From assembly GCA_043732305.1 (NCBI GenBank), contig JAYTHU010000147.1, positions 1 to 11,633 on the forward strand: 11,633 nt of DNA. The letters are read 5' to 3'. The translations under genes were made by a program, and so were the position numbers. Source of the DNA: Oligoflexia bacterium. GTDB lineage: Bacteria > Bdellovibrionota > Bdellovibrionia > JABDDW01. Positions 7,074 through 11,633 of the stretch are shown in pieces. The notes below the pieces were generated by a model. The model made no database searches. It was not told the DNA's origin and saw only the letters and a program-made list of their open reading frames with translations. How positions within the stretch are numbered: the first letter of the stretch is position 1; each line of letters starts with the position of its first letter.

Positions 7074-7150
7074 TTCGCGCATTAAATGTCACCGCTATAT
7101 CGGCGAATCTTCTATATTGTTTTAAAAACTCCATTTTGCAATCTTTTCGA

Positions 7151-7166
7151 TGGCACATGCGTTGCT
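7151..7166 (+). promoter_or_regulatory. Sigma-54 (RpoN) -24/-12 promoter
   Basis: TGGCAC-ATGCG-TTGCT has exact GG-N10-GC spacing and lies 25 nt upstream of the ATG at 7192, which has an AGGAGG SD. Confidence 0.75.
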
Positions 7167-7191
7167 ATGTACAGAAGACACAGGAGGATTA

Positions 7192-7518
7192 ATGCGGAAA
7201 TTAATTTTATTACAATCAATATTGTATGCAGGTCTATTTTCCGTAGATGCGGAATCACAGATATCAAAATCACCGGAAATTACCGAGGTGGCAGTCATAA
7301 AACCTTGCTGCTCTAATTTAGGATCATTTGAAAGCGAAAAAAGCTTGAAAATTTGGTTGGAGAAGCAGGACTTACAACTTACGGATGTAGCCGTTCAGAA
7401 AAAGCAAGTACTTGAAAACGGAAAATTTGAAAAATTTTTTTTCAAAACAATGACGTTGACCAAAGACGACGGCAGACCTGATGTCATTTACCAGCTTTTT
7501 TATTCGATGAAATATTAA
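7192..7518 (+). CDS. Hypothetical protein, 108 aa, probably secreted
   Basis: AGGAGG at 7182-7187 precedes ATG 7192, and the N-terminus MRKLILLQSILYAGLFSVDA resembles a signal peptide. The track start at 7150 falls on the promoter. Confidence 0.75.
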   Translation: MRKLILLQSILYAGLFSVDAESQISKSPEITEVAVIKPCCSNLGSFESEKSLKIWLEKQDLQLTDVAVQKKQVLENGKFEKFFFKTMTLTKDDGRPDVIYQLFYSMKY

Positions 7519-7524
7519 TTTTTT

Positions 7525-8631
7525 TTACCATGCTCGTCTGAAAGACCAAACTCCGGCGCCCGCAAAGAGTACATTTGGCGTCCACATCGCAATCCATGCG
7601 GGAAGTGCTCCATTGTGGGCAAGACTATCTCCAGTCAAAAATAAGATCCAGTAACTAAGCATGATAATCAGTGAAACCACCAGCCCGCTGGCTCTGACGG
7701 TGCGCCGATTGGTTACAGTTCCGGTTCCAACTCCAAGGAGTCCGAAAACCAAGCAAGCCGCGGCAATGGCCCAGCGCTTATGAAATTCCACGTGAAGCAC
7801 TCTCTGATCTTCAGCAGTGCCAGTTCTATTTCGAATTCCAGAAACGATATCGTCATAGGTGAGGGACGGCGGGCTTTTTTCCCGAGTTGAATCTATAGCT
7901 GTGTTGATGAGGCTGTGATCGTAAGTTTTGAAATCGATTTTTGCATAACTCTTAGCATCGTTTTTGTGAATATTTCCGTTATAAAGTCTGAGCGTGATTC
8001 CTTTTCCGGGTGACGAAGGGTCTGCCTCCATGATTTTTCCCGCTTGGGCAATGATCGTCATTGGATTGTCGGAGTCCCGCTCATCATAAATGAAAACATT
8101 TCGGAGAAGATTTTGCTCTTTGTCTATCTTACCGGCGTATAACACCAGGTCATAAAAACCGTCGGCGAATGTTCCTTCTTGAAGAGTGGCCGCTGCTTTT
8201 GAATTGTAAAGACGAGAAATCAAAACTTCAAAAGCGCGATTCCCCCATGGGGCCGCAAAAAAACTAATGTAAGCGGACAAAATTGCAACACTCAGAGAAA
8301 ATAAAATAGTTGGTGCTAAAATATGCCAAAGATTTAACCCAGAAGCTTTGAAAGCAATGATTTCGCTATCCGAACTCATGCGGCCGAGTGTGAGAAGTAT
8401 ACTGAAAAGAAGACTAATGGGAATGCACGCTGGCAAAAAACTGATCATGAGGTACATCATCATTTGAAGCAAAAGCGTGACACTCACACCCTTGTTGATG
8501 ACAAAATCACTCAAGCGCAAAACTTGAAACATCAGCAATATGAATAGGAAAACTAAATTCCCCAGAACAAAACTGGGGAACAGTTCACTCAATATATAAA
8601 TACCTGCGAGTTTTGCGCGGTAAAATTTCAT
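7525..8631 (-). CDS. lptF: LPS export ABC transporter permease, LptF/LptG (YjgP/YjgQ) family, most like LptF
   Basis: Three N-terminal TM segments, GRMSSDSEIIAFKASGLN, a periplasmic beta-rich domain (LQEGTF...VFIYDERD...IIAQAG...LRLYNGNIH), EFHKRWA, three C-terminal TMs and AMWTPN. Start set at MKFY (8631), 7 nt after the kdsA stop. Confidence 0.9.
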   Translation of the reverse strand: MKFYRAKLAGIYILSELFPSFVLGNLVFLFILLMFQVLRLSDFVINKGVSVTLLLQMMMYLMISFLPACIPISLLFSILLTLGRMSSDSEIIAFKASGLNLWHILAPTILFSLSVAILSAYISFFAAPWGNRAFEVLISRLYNSKAAATLQEGTFADGFYDLVLYAGKIDKEQNLLRNVFIYDERDSDNPMTIIAQAGKIMEADPSSPGKGITLRLYNGNIHKNDAKSYAKIDFKTYDHSLINTAIDSTREKSPPSLTYDDIVSGIRNRTGTAEDQRVLHVEFHKRWAIAAACLVFGLLGVGTGTVTNRRTVRASGLVVSLIIMLSYWILFLTGDSLAHNGALPAWIAMWTPNVLFAGAGVWSFRRAW

Positions 8632-8638
8632 CGCTGTT

Positions 8639-9511
8639 TTATTGATCTCTCCCGACAGCTTTGCTGATCGCAAGACATGTTTTCAGTAAAGGCTCGAGAT
8701 GAGCAAGTTCCAACATCGAAGCTCCATCACAGAGAGCCACGCGAGGATTGGGATGAGTTTCTAAAAATAAACAGTCTGCTCCAGCTGCTACTGCCGCTTT
8801 TGTAAGGTAGGGAACAAATTGAGGTTCGCCGCCTTTAGCGTCAGATGAGGGAATGCCGTACATGCGAATGATGTGAGTGGCATCGTACACTACTGGGGTT
8901 CCAAGAGACTGCATGATGGGTATGCAACGCAAATCAGAAACCAGGCGATTGTAGCCGAAGCATGCGCCGCGCTCAGTAAGCAAAATATTTTTTGAACCTT
9001 GGCTTCTCAATTTGGAAACCGCTCCGCCCATATTTTCAGGAGCAAGAAACTGACCTTTTTTGACATTGATTGCTTTGCCGGTGGCTCCGCAAGCTAATAC
9101 CAACGCCGTTTGTTGACAGAGATAAGCGGGGATTTGCAAAATGTCTAAATATTCAGCAGCCATCACGACATCTTCTTCACGATGAATATCGCTCAAAACA
9201 GGCACGCCAAATTTTTCTTTTACTTTGCGCAAAATTTTGAGTCCTTCTTCTGCGCCCGGGCCTCTCCAGTTTTTCTCAGATCCGCGATTGTCTTTTTCGT
9301 AACTGCTTTTGAAAATTAATCCGATTCCGAGTCTGTCACAGATGCCAACTAATTTTTCAGCAACTTCCATGATGAGTGCTTCGGATTCAACCACGCAGGG
9401 CCCAGCAATGAGAGCGAGCTCATGACCGCGACCAATAAGCACGTCCCCACGTTTAGCGGAAAGTTTGAATTGTCTGTCGGGAATATCAATTGTAGGCCGA
9501 GGATCCATCAT
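8639..9511 (-). CDS. kdsA: KDO 8-phosphate synthase-like protein (KdsA family, metal-dependent type) with divergent motifs
   Basis: Motifs IAGPCVVES, RGPG, NVKKGQFLAP, TERG, GYNRLVSD, DATH, FLETHPNP and ALCDG. SD AGGAG overlaps the upstream stop codon. Confidence 0.9.
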   Translation of the reverse strand: MMDPRPTIDIPDRQFKLSAKRGDVLIGRGHELALIAGPCVVESEALIMEVAEKLVGICDRLGIGLIFKSSYEKDNRGSEKNWRGPGAEEGLKILRKVKEKFGVPVLSDIHREEDVVMAAEYLDILQIPAYLCQQTALVLACGATGKAINVKKGQFLAPENMGGAVSKLRSQGSKNILLTERGACFGYNRLVSDLRCIPIMQSLGTPVVYDATHIIRMYGIPSSDAKGGEPQFVPYLTKAAVAAGADCLFLETHPNPRVALCDGASMLELAHLEPLLKTCLAISKAVGRDQ

Positions 9512-9523
9512 AAATAAATTCTC

Positions 9524-10429
9524 CTATTTCATGAGTCGATAGTTTTTGTACTCGCCAAGTCTATGACCAGTTATTTTTTCGATCACATCACTTGACCAGT
9601 TTTTAAAGTCTTTTCTGCTCCAACGAAGCAGGCTTGAGAAACTCATAACTGAAGGTTTAAAGTTCCAGTTCTGGGATTTCACGAGTTTTTCCATTAAAGC
9701 GGGATGCGTTTGTTGAAATGATTTTAAACCGTATCCATTGCTTTTGTATGCAAAATCACTAAAAGAATCATCATATTTATCTCCGTGCCACCAACGAAAC
9801 ATATGTTTGTTCTTTTCACCCATCTTATCTGGAGGTTTAACCCAGCCGTAGTGGAATACGCGCCCACCAGCGGTTTTGACAAACGGCTTTCTCATGGTGC
9901 CGTCGACATTCTTGACGCGAAACCCCTGAGCGTCTCCATGGCTAAAAATGGTGGGATTGTTTCTCACTATTCTCACTTCATTGCGATACCAGTTTCGAGC
10001 CGTGGCAATCACATTGTAGCCCCCATAAAAATGAAGGTAAGGGGAGAGTAAGCCTTCAACTTTTTTGTCTTCCAGATTGTCACGCATGGCTTGCTTGAAA
10101 AGATCATAGTCATTCTCGTGAATGACTTCGTCGGCCTGAAGATAAAAACACCAGTCACCTGTGCAATATCGCATAGCCTCGTTAGTCTTTTCGCTTAAAA
10201 TGAGACCACCAGAAGTTTTGGCCGTGTCCCAGTGAGAATTGAAAATTTTTATCTTCGGGTTGGTCTTTGAATCAGGAATTTGCAAAATCAGTTCTTTGGT
10301 CTGGTCATCGCTTTGCCCGACGCCCACGATCAACTCATCGACTATAGGGAGTAGGGATCGAATAGATTCGACAACGGGATAGCCCATAATTTTGGCATTT
10401 CGGATGACGGTGAAACCACTGACTTTCAT
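9524..10429 (-). CDS. Glycosyltransferase, family 2-like (GT-A fold)
   Basis: MKVSGFTVIRNA...DELIVGVGQSDDQT, CTGDWCFYLQADE (DxD-like) and VFHYGW. It is the first gene of the operon with kdsA and lptF. Alternative start TTG 10438. Confidence 0.88.
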   Translation of the reverse strand: MKVSGFTVIRNAKIMGYPVVESIRSLLPIVDELIVGVGQSDDQTKELILQIPDSKTNPKIKIFNSHWDTAKTSGGLILSEKTNEAMRYCTGDWCFYLQADEVIHENDYDLFKQAMRDNLEDKKVEGLLSPYLHFYGGYNVIATARNWYRNEVRIVRNNPTIFSHGDAQGFRVKNVDGTMRKPFVKTAGGRVFHYGWVKPPDKMGEKNKHMFRWWHGDKYDDSFSDFAYKSNGYGLKSFQQTHPALMEKLVKSQNWNFKPSVMSFSSLLRWSRKDFKNWSSDVIEKITGHRLGEYKNYRLMK

Positions 10430-10444
10430 GATAAGCAATTTAGC

Positions 10445-10452
10445 AGTATAAT
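10445..10452. promoter_or_regulatory. Overlapping -10 hexamers; candidate bidirectional promoter
   Basis: AGTATAAT gives TATAAT on + (10447-10452) and TATACT on - (10450-10445), within the 31-bp gap between divergent ATGs. No good -35 was found on either strand. Confidence 0.45.
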
Positions 10453-10460
10453 AGGGGATA

Positions 10461-11132
10461 ATGAAGCGAATTTTGCTGTTGAACGAAGACTACAATGAAC
10501 AGTTGTTCCTCGATACTTTTCTCAAAAAGATGGGGTTCGACACACTCCATGTGCGGAATGACATTTCTATCCCCGAAATAGTTCTGACTTTCAAGCCTGA
10601 CGCAGTTCTTGTGACGGGCGAAGGCACGCGCATTCGTGGTATTCGAGTGGCTGAGAAATTAAGAAAACGTGGTTCAACCGCGAAAATCATCTTCTTGTTT
10701 CCATTGAACAAAATTAAAGACGAGAAATTAATGGAGATTTATAAAGGGCAGATTGTTGTCGAGACTCCCGTGAATCCTCGTAGTCTTATTCCTGTTCTCT
10801 GCCGTGCGCTCAAAATGGATTTGGAAAATATGTTGGAGAAATTCGAACGCCTTTCCATCGCGAAGTCTTATTCTATGGGCCAGAAAGAAGATGGGCAAAT
10901 CGTTCTCAATCAAAGGCCTTCGGAAATTTCGAAACCCGTTGTTTCAATGCGTAGTGAACGTTACGAAAAAATATTAGCAGTGACTCCGGATTACGAAGAC
11001 AAAGGATTTTCCAAAGATGTTGTCAATGCAGTGACAACGGAAATTCGTAAATTCGAAAAAGATAATCCTGATCTACAGAAATTGGATGAAGCGCGACAAG
11101 CTTTCGTCGTCAAACTTTATCAAAAGAAATAA
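10461..11132 (+). CDS. Atypical receiver (CheY-like) domain protein with a charged C-terminal region
   Basis: The REC-like pattern (KRILLLNED...LKKMGF...KPDAVLV...GIRVAEKLRK...KIIFL...PVNPRSL) is present, but Thr sits at the phospho-acceptor Asp position. Confidence 0.75.
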   Translation: MKRILLLNEDYNEQLFLDTFLKKMGFDTLHVRNDISIPEIVLTFKPDAVLVTGEGTRIRGIRVAEKLRKRGSTAKIIFLFPLNKIKDEKLMEIYKGQIVVETPVNPRSLIPVLCRALKMDLENMLEKFERLSIAKSYSMGQKEDGQIVLNQRPSEISKPVVSMRSERYEKILAVTPDYEDKGFSKDVVNAVTTEIRKFEKDNPDLQKLDEARQAFVVKLYQKK

Positions 11133-11133
11133 T

Positions 11134-11633
11134 TTAGCTTTTCTTAAAGAGAGAGCCCACGACATCTTTGAGATCGCCGTGAAGTAGGTCTTTGGGCTTA
11201 TTGCCCTTCTGTTGAATATCTAAAAAGCGCATGAGCCGCTCGGCTTCAATAAATTTTGGTTTAAGTGATATGGCATGGACTACGTTTTTACGAGCTGAAA
11301 CAAGATCTCCCTGCGTGCGCTGCAAGTTGCCTTTTACAAAATAGTAACTCGCGTTGTGACGATCCTCTGGAGGGATGCGTCCCAAAATTTCTTCAGCTTC
11401 GTGAGCGAGATTTGTTCCTTCTTGTTGTTCGGAGCCGGTCAGCAACGCCCAAGCTAAATGGACTAACAAATCACTCGAAGGAGGTTTGAGAGCTTCAGCC
11501 TGACGGAATTTTTCTAGCGCTTTGGTGGCTTGTCCAGTGGAGAGCAAGGCTTTTCCCGCTTCGAAAATACCTTCTGCTTGAAGAATTTTCTCCGCACGTC
11601 CCATCTCAATTTCTTTCACGTACTGCGCTTTTC
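11134..11633 (-). CDS. TPR-repeat protein, C-terminal part; continues off the right edge (possibly DnaJ-TPR)
   Basis: The frame is open to the edge (...KAQYVKEIEMGRAEK...). TPR-like helices include AEGIFEAGKALL...ALEKFRQAEALKP and YYFVKGNL...AISLKPKFIEA. The GTG at 11619 is probably internal. Confidence 0.8.
   Translation of the reverse strand, partial: KAQYVKEIEMGRAEKILQAEGIFEAGKALLSTGQATKALEKFRQAEALKPPSSDLLVHLAWALLTGSEQQEGTNLAHEAEEILGRIPPEDRHNASYYFVKGNLQRTQGDLVSARKNVVHAISLKPKFIEAERLMRFLDIQQKGNKPKDLLHGDLKDVVGSLFKKS

Noticed and set aside
5222..11489. Remaining short track ORFs (e.g. 5222-5479, 5864-6304, 7086-7316, 9785-10051, 11265-11489)
   Set aside because: They are antisense or alternate-frame overlaps of better-supported genes and have no motifs of their own.

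Overview
Bacterial (Gram-negative) DNA; the gene content suggests Bdellovibrionota or a related deltaproteobacterial lineage, but that is inference only. The window has two parts. (1) About 1-4280 is a decayed mobile island. It holds an IS91/ISCR-type HUH transposase remnant running off the left edge (missing from the ORF track), three co-oriented orphan genes for secreted Cys-rich proteins, a complete ~980-bp IS1595-family element with TIRs whose transposase has three in-frame TGA stops, the catalytic C-terminal part of a tyrosine integrase cut off at the IS end, and a possible att-site/tRNA 3'-end remnant. (2) About 4329-11633 looks like host chromosome: GNAT acetyltransferase, secreted S1/P1 nuclease, a lone wecE/rffA-like sugar aminotransferase, a small secreted protein behind a strong sigma-54 promoter match, a GT2-kdsA-lptF operon, a pseudo-receiver protein and the end of a TPR protein. 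The best leads are the KdsA with altered conserved motifs (KDNRG for KANRS, PAYLCQ for PAFLxR) and the three-gene secreted cassette, whose second gene appears to start at ATA. No CRISPR array, rRNA or intact tRNA was seen. I cannot show a new system from sequence alone.
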